A DNA stretch of 64,000 bases, taken from the NCBI GenBank assembly GCA_018649885.1, contig JABIHA010000036.1, forward strand, positions 62,001 through 126,000, in the 5' to 3' direction. Shown piece by piece: positions 10,010-19,800 of the stretch. Source of the stretch: Bacteriovoracaceae bacterium. GTDB lineage: Bacteria; Bdellovibrionota; Bacteriovoracia; Bacteriovoracales; Bacteriovoracaceae. Each line of letters opens with the position of its first letter. Position 1 is the first letter of the stretch. The notes below the pieces were generated by a model. That model was not told the origin of the DNA and ran no database searches. It saw only the letters and a program-made list of their open reading frames with translations. Position numbers and translations under genes: made by a program.

Positions 10010-11157
10010 CTATCCGCCTTAATCCATAAACTACCAATTGATGTCTTCTTGAGAAATTGTATCAAGCCGCTGGCAGCAGCTGTATTCATCAAGACATAGT
10101 AGTAGGGTATATACAGCAGTTTTATTCTTTTACCTTTTAAATAGCTAATTCCGCCTATGGCAGCTAGTGTATACATAAAGGCCTGGCAGTAAAAAGCAAA
10201 CTGGTAAATTGCAGCACCATTTTGGAATGCTAAGAAGGCACTAGATATGAAAAATAAGAAGAGATACAAAAACATAGTATATCTTAAAAATTTGTGGAAG
10301 AAAAAATGCAAAGAGAACTTGGAGTTTAGTGGATTGATAATCCAGGGGTACTGAGCAATAATTTGATAAGCTCCGCAAACCATTCTTCTTTTTACATTGT
10401 AATCATCTTTGAGTGTGACGCTAGCTTCTTCGTAAGTAATGGCATCTGTTTCATAAATAATGCGTTTGTCATTTTTTATTGTTTCAATAGTTAAAACCTG
10501 GTCATCATTAATAATGTCATCAGAAATACTAGGATACAGCTCTCTTCTTAGAGCAAAAATTTCTCCGTCTGCATTTGTTATTGAATAGGCATCAGATTGC
10601 GCCTTTTTCAAACGACTTTCAAGAGACCAAAAGAAATGATCCCCTAAAGAGGCTCCTCTTTTCGCATAGTTTTTTACAATATCTTTTCTACCGCAAACTC
10701 CTCCAATAGAAGAGTCGTGTAAGTTTTCTACAAGATGAATAATTGAATCATCACTAAAGTAGCTATTTGCATCTGAAAAAATGATGATCTCATTTGATGA
10801 ATTGGCCACGGCCCTATTAAGAGCAGCTGTTTTTCCTCTTCGAAGTGGTGAGTGAAGAGATTTGACTCCCTTGGTTTCATAAGACTTTGCAATTTTTTCA
10901 GTTCCATCATTCGAACCATCACTGACTACAATGATTTCAATTTTGTCTTTTGGATAGTTTAAAGAAAGTGTGTTTAATATTTTTTCTTCGATAACGGCCT
11001 CTTCATTATAAGCTGCAACAATATAGCTTACACTTGGCCTGTGCCCTTTTTTCTTGTAGTGCTTTTTCTTTCCAAATGCTCCCATGGATAAAAGAGCGGG
11101 GTATCCAATATAGTGCATGAAAATAATAAGCAAACTCAATATAAAGATGAGGGTCAT
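10006..11157 (-). CDS. GT2 family glycosyltransferase
   Basis: VAAYNEE, VSDGSNDGT, GKTAALN, FSDAN, DGEIFALRR, INDD; N- and C-terminal TM helices. Confidence 0.9.
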   Translation of the reverse strand: MTLIFILSLLIIFMHYIGYPALLSMGAFGKKKHYKKKGHRPSVSYIVAAYNEEAVIEEKILNTLSLNYPKDKIEIIVVSDGSNDGTEKIAKSYETKGVKSLHSPLRRGKTAALNRAVANSSNEIIIFSDANSYFSDDSIIHLVENLHDSSIGGVCGRKDIVKNYAKRGASLGDHFFWSLESRLKKAQSDAYSITNADGEIFALRRELYPSISDDIINDDQVLTIETIKNDKRIIYETDAITYEEASVTLKDDYNVKRRMVCGAYQIIAQYPWIINPLNSKFSLHFFFHKFLRYTMFLYLFLFFISSAFLAFQNGAAIYQFAFYCQAFMYTLAAIGGISYLKGKRIKLLYIPYYYVLMNTAAASGLIQFLKKTSIGSLWIKADR

Positions 11158-12347
11158 GATATCTCCTGACTGCTCCCAGAGGGGCCTTGTTTGAAAATAT
11201 TTAAATTTTTCTTAATACTAATTTTGATGTCAATCATTTCAATATTTTGCTTGTAAGCATTTTTACTAAGTTCAGAAAAGTTTAGCGAGTGGTTTAGCAT
11301 GGTATCAAGTAGCTGGTCTCTTTCGATGATAATAGCATTTCCACTGTGGAGGTCTAGTCCTCTGGCTCCGACTGAGGTCGTAATTATGGGAAGCTCGAAG
11401 TAGATATACTCATAATTTTTTACATTAGCACCACTACCACTCGTTACGAGGTTGAGTGCTTTATCGGCAGCGCATAGATAGGGGTAAACATCATCAACCC
11501 TCGAGGTGATGGTAAGAACTTCATCTTGGGAGCTTGCCTTTGATACACTACCGAGAACTACAATCTTGATGTTGTTTGCTTTGAGAACATGGAAGTTTTC
11601 CGTCACAAAACTCTTAATAAATTCAAGAGTCTCAATATTGGGACCAAAATAGCTCCCGCTGAAAATGTAAACATCGTCAATTTCACGAAAATCTAATTTT
11701 TTTCTAAACTCCTCTCTCAGAGAGGTCCTATCGTACTTGGCGAGTTCGCTAATATTTAATCCGTTAGGGATAATTGGACCGGGTAATTTCCTACCACACA
11801 ATTTGGATAATGCTTCACGGTCACCTTCAGTGCAATAGATACTGGTGTCACAGGAATCAATTGCTTTACTTTCTACAATTTGAACCAATTTTTTAAAAAC
11901 TCCACTGTCCCACAAATTAAATTCAGCATTGTGGGTATTGAGTATGAACTTCTTAGTGTGGTCGCTTTTTTGGGCGATTGGATAAAGATAAGGAAAATCT
12001 AGAATAATTGTTTGATGTGAGTCTATGAGATTTCTTAACTTCTTTGGAATTAAAAACTTCAGCACAAAACTTTGCCAAATAAAGGGGATGTGTAGCCTGT
12101 AGCATAAAAAGCAAATTAAACCCCAAACAGGGTTCATATATACGAATTCAGTGAGATTCAAGTTGGCACAGAATTTTGTGTCACCTTTTAACTTTAAGTA
12201 AGCATCCCTGCGGCCGGTAAGGCTGAAAATAGTTACTTCAAAACCACATTGTGTTAGGGACTCACAAATTGAGCTGCTTCTTTTTTGTCCTCCAGATTCA
12301 ACTGGATAGATTTGAAGACCGGAGATAAATAGAATTTTGTTATCCAA
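11154..12347 (-). CDS. GT4-like glycosyltransferase
   Basis: YPVESGGQKR, THNAE, IIPNG, GSGANVKNYEY, PIITTSVGARG. Confidence 0.85.
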   Translation of the reverse strand: MDNKILFISGLQIYPVESGGQKRSSSICESLTQCGFEVTIFSLTGRRDAYLKLKGDTKFCANLNLTEFVYMNPVWGLICFLCYRLHIPFIWQSFVLKFLIPKKLRNLIDSHQTIILDFPYLYPIAQKSDHTKKFILNTHNAEFNLWDSGVFKKLVQIVESKAIDSCDTSIYCTEGDREALSKLCGRKLPGPIIPNGLNISELAKYDRTSLREEFRKKLDFREIDDVYIFSGSYFGPNIETLEFIKSFVTENFHVLKANNIKIVVLGSVSKASSQDEVLTITSRVDDVYPYLCAADKALNLVTSGSGANVKNYEYIYFELPIITTSVGARGLDLHSGNAIIIERDQLLDTMLNHSLNFSELSKNAYKQNIEMIDIKISIKKNLNIFKQGPSGSSQEIS

Positions 12348-13815
12348 TTTGATATCTCCTTTTTAAAAAACTTACGATTGGTAATATACCTAAGAAATTA
12401 AGTATCACTGCTACTAAAATAGAAAATATCGATCCACCAATTACTAAGATGGTAAATCCATTTGAGATAGGAGCCGCCGTGACAATGAGTCTTGAAACGA
12501 TTCCTGCGGTAATCACACTGGCAAAGGTGATACCCATCTCTCCCCATGGAAGCAGCTCCTTGAAATCGGTTTTAAAAAATCCCTTAGCATCTTTTAAAAG
12601 CATTAATGAATACATGATTGTGCAAACGAATTTTCCAATGAGGCAGAAATATATATTGCCCAAATAGGCTCCAATACTTACTGCAATAACACTTGAGAAA
12701 ACATAGGTTCCGTATAAGGCTGCAAGCTTTTTGCCCTCATTAAAAACACGATATAGAACTTCTGCATTCATTGAGATTAAAATGAAATTAATAAGATAAA
12801 GTCTGAAAATCGGTGAGCTATTGAGATACTTTTTTGAAAAGATGAGTACAAAGAACTCATCTGCATAGAAGAAAAGAAATACCACCGGAATAATGAGGAT
12901 TAGAAAAATTTTCGAGATGACATCTTTCCAAATCTTTAATGCATCTGAATGTATTCCTTTTTTGGTTAACATATCTACGGCCATTAAATCCAAGTAGGTA
13001 TTGGCCATGGATGGAAGAAAAGGAATATCAAAGCAGCCAACACTATACATAGTAAATGTTCGAAGTGAAAAGAAAGAAGAAATAATCAATTTGTCATAGC
13101 TGAGGAAGGCTTCCGAAATTTTTGAAAACCCAATTGGAAGTCCATATCGAATTTGGGCCTTAAGTGTTGAAAAAATATGTTGATAGCTTCTCGTTAAATT
13201 CATCTGCTTAATCATATTCACATTAAATAGGATGAGTACTAGAAGTCGCAATGAGTAGAAACAGATAAGTCCCTGGATTACGATTTTGAGATCTTTGTAG
13301 AAGTAATACAATCCTACAATAATTATAGATTTACTTACCTCAGATACAATTTGCACGATCAAATTGAGTTTAATTTTATCAAGAACCATAAGGTAGTGTT
13401 CAAAATGTTGTGATGGCAGTGAGACCAAGACTAAGAAGAAAAATGATGGGTAAATATCTTTGATAGTTGGGTTATCTAGAAATGAAGATAGTTGGTCAGT
13501 AAAGAGAAAACCAATCCCCATTAATATTGCTACAGAGACAGTATTGAAAAACAGCACGTTAAGAGCATATATAGGGGTATCTTCAGGAGCCTGTTTCATG
13601 AAAAAGAAAAGGCCTTGATCAATTCCTAGCCCAAATACCTGGTAAGATAGAATCCAAATAAGCACTACCTGTTTGTAAGAGCCGTATTCCTCTACTAAGA
13701 GATATCTCGATAAGAAAATGGGTACGAAAAAAGTGAGTACAAAGCTAACCAGCTTTCCAGCTGAAAGAATAAGAGCTTTCTTATTTCTACTTTGGCTCAC
13801 CAGCTTTTCAACCAT
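12340..13815 (-). CDS. Wzx-type oligosaccharide flippase
   Basis: 491-aa polytopic membrane protein, IFLSRYLLVEEYGSY, located among glycosyltransferase genes. Confidence 0.85.
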   Translation of the reverse strand: MVEKLVSQSRNKKALILSAGKLVSFVLTFFVPIFLSRYLLVEEYGSYKQVVLIWILSYQVFGLGIDQGLFFFMKQAPEDTPIYALNVLFFNTVSVAILMGIGFLFTDQLSSFLDNPTIKDIYPSFFFLVLVSLPSQHFEHYLMVLDKIKLNLIVQIVSEVSKSIIIVGLYYFYKDLKIVIQGLICFYSLRLLVLILFNVNMIKQMNLTRSYQHIFSTLKAQIRYGLPIGFSKISEAFLSYDKLIISSFFSLRTFTMYSVGCFDIPFLPSMANTYLDLMAVDMLTKKGIHSDALKIWKDVISKIFLILIIPVVFLFFYADEFFVLIFSKKYLNSSPIFRLYLINFILISMNAEVLYRVFNEGKKLAALYGTYVFSSVIAVSIGAYLGNIYFCLIGKFVCTIMYSLMLLKDAKGFFKTDFKELLPWGEMGITFASVITAGIVSRLIVTAAPISNGFTILVIGGSIFSILVAVILNFLGILPIVSFLKRRYQIG

Positions 13816-14824
13816 GCTGATCCCTTCGAATTAGATTCCAATAAAAATAGGCTGGTGAGAAACGCCCTTTTTTATCGCAAACAAATTCATCATTAATATT
13901 AAATCTAGGGATCAGTCTATCTTCGTTTTGATCATTTTCAGTAAAGCTTTTGCACTCCGTAGAGAACTTATAGGAAAAATCAAAGCAGTTTACTGCTCTG
14001 ATAGAAGCTTGGTCATACAGTCCTGCAGGAAAAGCAAAGGATTTAAGGTCCACGCCTGTAAATGTCTCTAGCTTCGAAATCGATTGGTTGATATCACTTA
14101 GAGTTTGATCGTGGTCCATATATGGTAGAAATTGATGTGAGGAAGTATGGCAACCGATATGAACATTATCGCCTACAACCTTTTCTAACTCATTCCAGCC
14201 AAAGCTTTGATCTATGTCAATGCCAACGTGCTTTTTCTTTAACTTGTCTAAAATATGACAGCTCATTTCTTCTCTGGTTACACCATCCAGTGATTTGAGC
14301 GTATTGTAATCAAGGTGAGAAAAGTTTTGATCAATGGTAAGCTCGGCATTTGGAAAATACTCAAAAAATGAGAAATTAAGAATTTGATATTCGCCCAACT
14401 CTAAGGCCGTATCCCAAATATCCCACCAGTATGGTTTAGGGTTTTCGAGAAAATTGGTGACAGGGAAGAGTGAATAGGGAATTTCCCGTTGGTCACAATA
14501 AGGTAATGCACGGTCAAGGATTGCCTTATAAGCATCATCAAAAGTGAGGTGAAAATCAAGGTCTCGTTTGGCCTTGAAATTATCTATTTCTTCGATGGCC
14601 ACGATTTTGTCTCCGTGACCAGAAATGGTTTCAATAGTTGAAATAAAATTTTCATTACTTATGGATATGGCCTTCATTCCATGACTACTGCCATCTGTAA
14701 CCCGATGAAACATTAAAATATATTTTCTAGGTGAGAAGTAGTTTTTTAAACCTAAGTACCATTTTAAAGGCCCAAGGAAGTAGAGAGCCTTAATAATGGT
14801 ATCTACAATTGTATTACGCATCAC
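13808..14824 (-). CDS. Polysaccharide deacetylase (CE4/NodB)
   Basis: LMFHRV, LTFDDAY, IGCHTSSH, FAFPAG, IPRF. Confidence 0.88.
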   Translation of the reverse strand: MMRNTIVDTIIKALYFLGPLKWYLGLKNYFSPRKYILMFHRVTDGSSHGMKAISISNENFISTIETISGHGDKIVAIEEIDNFKAKRDLDFHLTFDDAYKAILDRALPYCDQREIPYSLFPVTNFLENPKPYWWDIWDTALELGEYQILNFSFFEYFPNAELTIDQNFSHLDYNTLKSLDGVTREEMSCHILDKLKKKHVGIDIDQSFGWNELEKVVGDNVHIGCHTSSHQFLPYMDHDQTLSDINQSISKLETFTGVDLKSFAFPAGLYDQASIRAVNCFDFSYKFSTECKSFTENDQNEDRLIPRFNINDEFVCDKKGRFSPAYFYWNLIRRDQHG

Positions 14825-15920
14825 TACCTCCTACTGACCTTGCCGAGAACTTCTTATTCAGGTTGATCGCTAACTCCCAAAGTCTTTTGTTTGATGAGAC
14901 TACTTCGTAGAGTCGGTTTACTTCCTTTGTGAATTCAAACTTGTACCTTTCATCACCTTCAAGAAAGTCATATATAAATGAATCAAGACCAATAAATTCT
15001 TTAGCATGCCTTATGCATAAAAGGTGTAATAGAAGTCCAGGGGAAAGTTGATAATGGTCAGTGGAAATTCCACCTTGGTAGAAAAAAATACTATCCATGT
15101 CGTGGTAGTAGTAATGAAACCCTATAAGTTGGTTACCTTCCTTGAGTAAGGCGAAAACCCAATTTCTATTAATAGAGCGTTTTAAAAAAAGATGGTGAAA
15201 ATTCTCAAATTCTTCTTCTGCAAAACCACCAACTACTTCTTTATCCTTAAACCGTGATTTCGCAAGTCTTGTAATATCTTCCCAAAGTGGTGATAATTTA
15301 TCGAAGTCGTTCACCCACTGGATTGTTAGATCACTATTTTGATCATAGTTTTTTAATATTCTTTTGAATTTATTTCTTTTCTTGCCCTTGGTGAGAGAAA
15401 GAAAATCATCTATTCCACCTATCCTTTGAATTCGTGGACAAATAGTTCCATCATAGCTTGTAAAAGATAGCGAAAGGCCTTGTTCGCAATAGTCAAAATA
15501 TTTTGCAAAGCTAGCGCTTAGCATCTTAAATCTAGTTAGTGACCACTTTGATTGATACTTTGATTTGAACGCTGTCCACACTGCCTTGTCTATTTTTCCC
15601 AGAAAGGCAGTGAGGTAGTTGGACCCAATACCTTCGTCACCAAGGAGTCGAAGTTCACTAACAGGGATAAAATAGCGGTGTGTTCTTAGAATATAAAACG
15701 GTAGAATCCCTACCGGACTATCTCCTTCATAGACTAGGTATATGAAAGGAGTTATCGTTTTATCTTGGAAATTGTCTAACCACGTTTTAATAAAATCGTA
15801 TTGTTGAAACACACAAGTTTCAGGACCACCATCAAGTGAGCGCCAAAGACTTATTAAAATAGGATTGTCGATTTCAACTTTTTGAAAATTCAAGTAGACT
15901 CCTATTTTTAAGTGAGACAA
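14814..15920 (-). CDS. CelD/BcsL-type GNAT acyltransferase
   Basis: VFQQYDFIKTW, VGILPF, FYQGG, LSPGLLLH, YDFLEGDERYK. Confidence 0.8.
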   Translation of the reverse strand: MSHLKIGVYLNFQKVEIDNPILISLWRSLDGGPETCVFQQYDFIKTWLDNFQDKTITPFIYLVYEGDSPVGILPFYILRTHRYFIPVSELRLLGDEGIGSNYLTAFLGKIDKAVWTAFKSKYQSKWSLTRFKMLSASFAKYFDYCEQGLSLSFTSYDGTICPRIQRIGGIDDFLSLTKGKKRNKFKRILKNYDQNSDLTIQWVNDFDKLSPLWEDITRLAKSRFKDKEVVGGFAEEEFENFHHLFLKRSINRNWVFALLKEGNQLIGFHYYYHDMDSIFFYQGGISTDHYQLSPGLLLHLLCIRHAKEFIGLDSFIYDFLEGDERYKFEFTKEVNRLYEVVSSNKRLWELAINLNKKFSARSVGGSDA

Positions 15921-17079
15921 TGGTGAAAATCAATATTGTGAACAAGAAGAAATCTTTATTCCAAATTCCAATAAATTGAATACAAAATATGAATAGAAAA
16001 AATGGAAGCAGAAATTCCCTAGATGTTTGTCTTAACTGAATAAAGATTTGTTTAAAAGCATAGAGAAAAATAGTAATTCCAATAACTCCAGTTTCAGCAA
16101 GAAGCTTAAGTGGAGTGTTATGAATTGTGAGGGCCCCATTTTGTGATAAAAACATAGGGTAACCTGTTAATTGGAAAAAATATCCAGCAGACCGGTCAAA
16201 TCCAACTCCCCAGATTGGATTTTTTGAAAATAAAATTAGACCTAACTCCCAAGTTTTAAATCGATCCATATTTGATTTATCAAAGATGTTTAGGAACCTC
16301 GATTGCAGGTCTTCACTAAGAAAGATGGGTGAGATGATTAAAAGAATAAATAAGACCAGCAAGACTGGTTTTTCAGTGATTTTTTTGCCAAACAATGCAA
16401 TCAGGCCTATGAAGAGTCCAATGATCCCCATTCTCGACTGAGTCATAAAAAGACAGAGTATTAAAAATAAAGACTCAAAAATTGTAACTGGGGCTACGGC
16501 CTTTTGTCTTAGAGGACCGATGAAAAGAGTAATCAAGAAAATCATAGATAAGAAATTGGGGTCACCAATTCTAATACCAATCACAGGTCTTAAGTCAAAG
16601 GTTCGTACTTCACCAAGGACCAGGTACCTATAAATGAAAACCATTCCAAGGACTACTGCGGATACACGGAACACCTTTATCAAAAGATCTTTCCTTTGCT
16701 GGTTATTGAAAAAGAAGGTAAATAGTGGGATTAAAAGTATGGTTTTTGTATAAGTTTTAAATTCGCCCAGAGCAAGTAAATTAGAGCTCTCATTTGCTGG
16801 ATATTGAAAATCAATGAGCATAAAAAATGAAATAACTAAAAAAAGTGCTCCATAGCCTTTAGTTATTGAAATAGGTAATTGTCGTACCATGCAAAACCAA
16901 ATGCCAGCGAAAGAAAAAGACGAAACAAAGAAGAGAAGCTCAGGTTTTACAATTTGAAGGACCTTGAAGTGAATATGAATATTTGAGATACTTAAAAATA
17001 GGTGTGCCAGCAGGGAAGTGATGACTCCCTTTTCAAAAGTACTCGGTAAAAGTAGCTGCTGCGTTCGCATTTTATTCAA
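15874..17079 (-). CDS. Wzy polymerase / O-antigen ligase family membrane protein
   Basis: Polytopic; GDPNF, TQSRMG, NPIWGVG, IHNTPL..LAETG. Confidence 0.85.
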   Translation of the reverse strand: MNKMRTQQLLLPSTFEKGVITSLLAHLFLSISNIHIHFKVLQIVKPELLFFVSSFSFAGIWFCMVRQLPISITKGYGALFLVISFFMLIDFQYPANESSNLLALGEFKTYTKTILLIPLFTFFFNNQQRKDLLIKVFRVSAVVLGMVFIYRYLVLGEVRTFDLRPVIGIRIGDPNFLSMIFLITLFIGPLRQKAVAPVTIFESLFLILCLFMTQSRMGIIGLFIGLIALFGKKITEKPVLLVLFILLIISPIFLSEDLQSRFLNIFDKSNMDRFKTWELGLILFSKNPIWGVGFDRSAGYFFQLTGYPMFLSQNGALTIHNTPLKLLAETGVIGITIFLYAFKQIFIQLRQTSREFLLPFFLFIFCIQFIGIWNKDFFLFTILIFTIVSLKNRSLLEFSKS

Positions 17080-17743
17080 ATTTCCTTTTTAAAAAAGGAA
17101 CCCCTAAAAGTATGATTCCTATAGTGATCAAGCTGGCCAGTAAATGAATCAGTAAGTAGTTTGGATAGCTCGGAGTGCTACCTGCTGTTGCAGGTTTTAA
17201 AACTTCCGTTTGTGTTCTCGCAATGAGTTTGTGATAGCGGATTTTTTCAGCAAGTTGCCTGCTAACAGTATCTTTTGTTAGCCGTTTTTCAATTTCTATT
17301 AAACCTTTTTTTGATTTCTCTTGTGCTAACAGCTCAAGCTGTTCCATCAGTGAGACTAGGAGGTTAATTCCAAAGCTTTTGTCAGGAGTGAGAAAAGAAA
17401 GCTCGTAGCGATTATCGTCACCACCAGTGAAATCAATTTTTAAATTTCTTAGTATTTTTTCAGTCTCAGAGGCCTTCCCAAATTTCTTAAGGATCGCCTG
17501 AAAACGCACAAAAGATGTTAACCTGTGCTTGAGTTCAAGCCCGTCTCTCACCCATACCCAGCGGTTGTGTGCCATTTCATAAACTTCATCTATGACTGGC
17601 GGATCAAACCTTTTTAGAAGGACAGATGCCTCAACATTGAATCTCGGTTCAACGCTTTTTAGTCCAATGTAAACACCAGTATTGACCGCTATACAGGCGA
17701 CTGCTGCTATCAACGCAATTTTTAAGTTCATTACCATTTCCAA
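17072..17743 (-). CDS. Small Wzz-like polysaccharide co-polymerase candidate
   Basis: Two terminal TM helices flank a helical periplasmic region; Pro-rich VLKPATAGSTPSYPN precedes the second TM. First gene of the minus-strand EPS operon. Confidence 0.55.
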   Translation of the reverse strand: MEMVMNLKIALIAAVACIAVNTGVYIGLKSVEPRFNVEASVLLKRFDPPVIDEVYEMAHNRWVWVRDGLELKHRLTSFVRFQAILKKFGKASETEKILRNLKIDFTGGDDNRYELSFLTPDKSFGINLLVSLMEQLELLAQEKSKKGLIEIEKRLTKDTVSRQLAEKIRYHKLIARTQTEVLKPATAGSTPSYPNYLLIHLLASLITIGIILLGVPFLKRKFE

Positions 17744-17937
17744 TTTTAGCTTCAGGCAAAACTAGTAAAATCATTGGGGACCTACTAGGTAGGCTGAAAT
17801 ATTTATAGGTAAAGTTTCCGGTGACGCAAGGCGTTGGGGTGGTAGGTATGTAAATTTTGTAACAGGCTTTACGAGGTGAGTTAGAAGGTCTAGATATTGG
17901 GCACACGAACATATTGCTTTTTTTTTGGGGAAAAAAG

Positions 17938-18741
17938 ATGTTGGATAAAAACCAAGCTAATTGGGGAAAACGAGAGTCCACAAAACAAAACCTGAGAGGG
18001 TTGGGCTTTGAATCTCTTGATGAATTATTTCGAAATGATGAAGGAATCTCACTATACGACCCTTCAGTTATTGAAGATGTCAGCTACCTAGAACTCGAAG
18101 GAAAAAAATTAGAAAAAGACGCCTTGGTTAAGGTGGGCGAAGTGATCCAATTTTTGGCAAGCTTCACTCTTTTCTTTCTATTTTTACCAATTGGCATTTT
18201 GATCGCTCTCATAATGAAAATTAGCTCACCAAGTGAGCCCATCTTTTTTACGCAAAAAAGAGTTGGCAAAGGTGGAAAAGAATTCGATGTCATTAAATTT
18301 AGAACAATGATTGTGGGTGCTGAAAATAAGACTGGAGCGGTACTATCGTGGAATGGTGATCCCAGAATAACTCCACTTGGAAGCTTTCTTAGAAAATCAC
18401 ATTTAGACGAAATTCCACAATTAATAAATGTACTTAAATCCGAAATGAATCTGATTGGGCCTAGACCTGAAAGACCCGAGTTTACAAATAGTTACAATAA
18501 AAGTGTCTATGGATACAAGTACAGAGAGTTAGTAAAACCAGGCATAACAGGCCTTGCTCAAATTGCAGCTGAATATGATGCAATTGCAGAAAAAAAGATA
18601 GTTTACGATTTATATTATATCAGACATAGGAATTCTTTGGGACTTCTCTTAACGATTGCGCTGAGCACGGCCTTAAAAATGTTGGCCTACCGCTCTCACG
18701 CAAAAATTGTGAAGAAGGCCATGAGGGTAAGTTACGTATGA
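17938..18741 (+). CDS. Priming undecaprenyl-phosphate sugar phosphotransferase (bacterial sugar transferase family)
   Basis: KFRTM, DPRITPLGSFLRKSHLDEIPQLINVL, GPRPERP, KPGITGLAQ. ATG 17938 preferred over TTG 17914. Confidence 0.92.
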   Translation: MLDKNQANWGKRESTKQNLRGLGFESLDELFRNDEGISLYDPSVIEDVSYLELEGKKLEKDALVKVGEVIQFLASFTLFFLFLPIGILIALIMKISSPSEPIFFTQKRVGKGGKEFDVIKFRTMIVGAENKTGAVLSWNGDPRITPLGSFLRKSHLDEIPQLINVLKSEMNLIGPRPERPEFTNSYNKSVYGYKYRELVKPGITGLAQIAAEYDAIAEKKIVYDLYYIRHRNSLGLLLTIALSTALKMLAYRSHAKIVKKAMRVSYV

Positions 18742-19787
18742 AAAATTTATTAATTACCATATTACTTTTAACATCGGCTTCAGCATTTAGTGTTGAAGTT
18801 ATGATTTTTGGTGAACAAAATGACAAAGATCAGTGTCAAAATAGCTCTCCATATTTTCTTTATCCACACTTGAAAGATAGTGTAGATTTAGTTCTTAAGT
18901 TTTCGAGGGAAGACTTAAATGAGTTAGGGCAAATCAAATCAATTGGAGCCTATCAATTTTCGCAGAGAAAAAGTAAGATTAGAAAACTGCACTACGATAC
19001 GAGCCCTCAATTTAAATGTATTAAAATGTGTGCTGAGGGAAGATTGTACAGGCTTACAATCCCCAACAATAAATTTAAAAGATCAAAAGAAGAAGTAACT
19101 CATCTTCAACTCAATCTACAAGTGAAGGGAGAACATGCAGATCAAACGAAATCCTTCTCCTTTGCCTTTGTTAAAGAAGGCCATGAAATATTAGTAGAAA
19201 AGCCTGATTTAACAACTTTAATTAGTGAAGAAGTATCAGTGGTTTCCGAATTGTACGACAACAGGCAATCAAATGAGATTTTAGAAATTACATATCAAGA
19301 TTACGTAAGTGATAAATTAAAAAGAGAAGACAAAAGCTCAATGCAGATAAATTTTGCTGCTCAAATGGAGCAGGGGCAGCCGGTTAGCTTTATGCCAATG
19401 ACAGCAGATTCCTTTGATTCAGCAGGTGGACAAGGAGGGCTTCTTAGTTACTTTAATCCTATTCCAAACACAAAGGATATTTTTTCCTTAGCAAATCCGC
19501 TGACTCAAGGGGTTGCGGTATCTCTTTTTGTCAATATTGGCCAATCTCATTCCACATCAATGGATTGGAAGAAAGCATTTTTCACAAAATCAAAATTTGT
19601 CTTACTTCAAGAAGAGTCAGGGCTCATTGTTGAAGTGCTAACTCTACTTCACTCAAAATTCTCTAAATATGGGGCCAATAAATGTGGCTTTCTTTCAGAG
19701 GTTGGTGAGATAGCAGTCATACAACACCTTACACATTACGAAATGATACTTGTAGAACCTGATGAACCTTTAAATATTAGTTTATAA
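18738..19787 (+). CDS. Secreted hypothetical protein, paralogue of 19801..20754
   Basis: Signal peptide; shares N.CG....VG.........T.Y....V(E/D)P with the next gene; 4-nt overlap with the priming transferase. Confidence 0.75.
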   Translation: MKNLLITILLLTSASAFSVEVMIFGEQNDKDQCQNSSPYFLYPHLKDSVDLVLKFSREDLNELGQIKSIGAYQFSQRKSKIRKLHYDTSPQFKCIKMCAEGRLYRLTIPNNKFKRSKEEVTHLQLNLQVKGEHADQTKSFSFAFVKEGHEILVEKPDLTTLISEEVSVVSELYDNRQSNEILEITYQDYVSDKLKREDKSSMQINFAAQMEQGQPVSFMPMTADSFDSAGGQGGLLSYFNPIPNTKDIFSLANPLTQGVAVSLFVNIGQSHSTSMDWKKAFFTKSKFVLLQEESGLIVEVLTLLHSKFSKYGANKCGFLSEVGEIAVIQHLTHYEMILVEPDEPLNISL

Positions 19788-19800
19788 AGTTGGAGAGAAA

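Noticed and set aside
17836..17847. ops/JUMPstart-like GGGGTGGTAGGT upstream of the EPS operon
   Set aside because: Mismatch in the GGCGGTAG core, no JUMPstart first half, and no RfaH-like gene in the window.
17897..17918. Sigma54 promoter (GGCAC...TTGC) before the priming transferase; similar at 46797
   Set aside because: GG to GC spacing is not the required 10 nt at either site.
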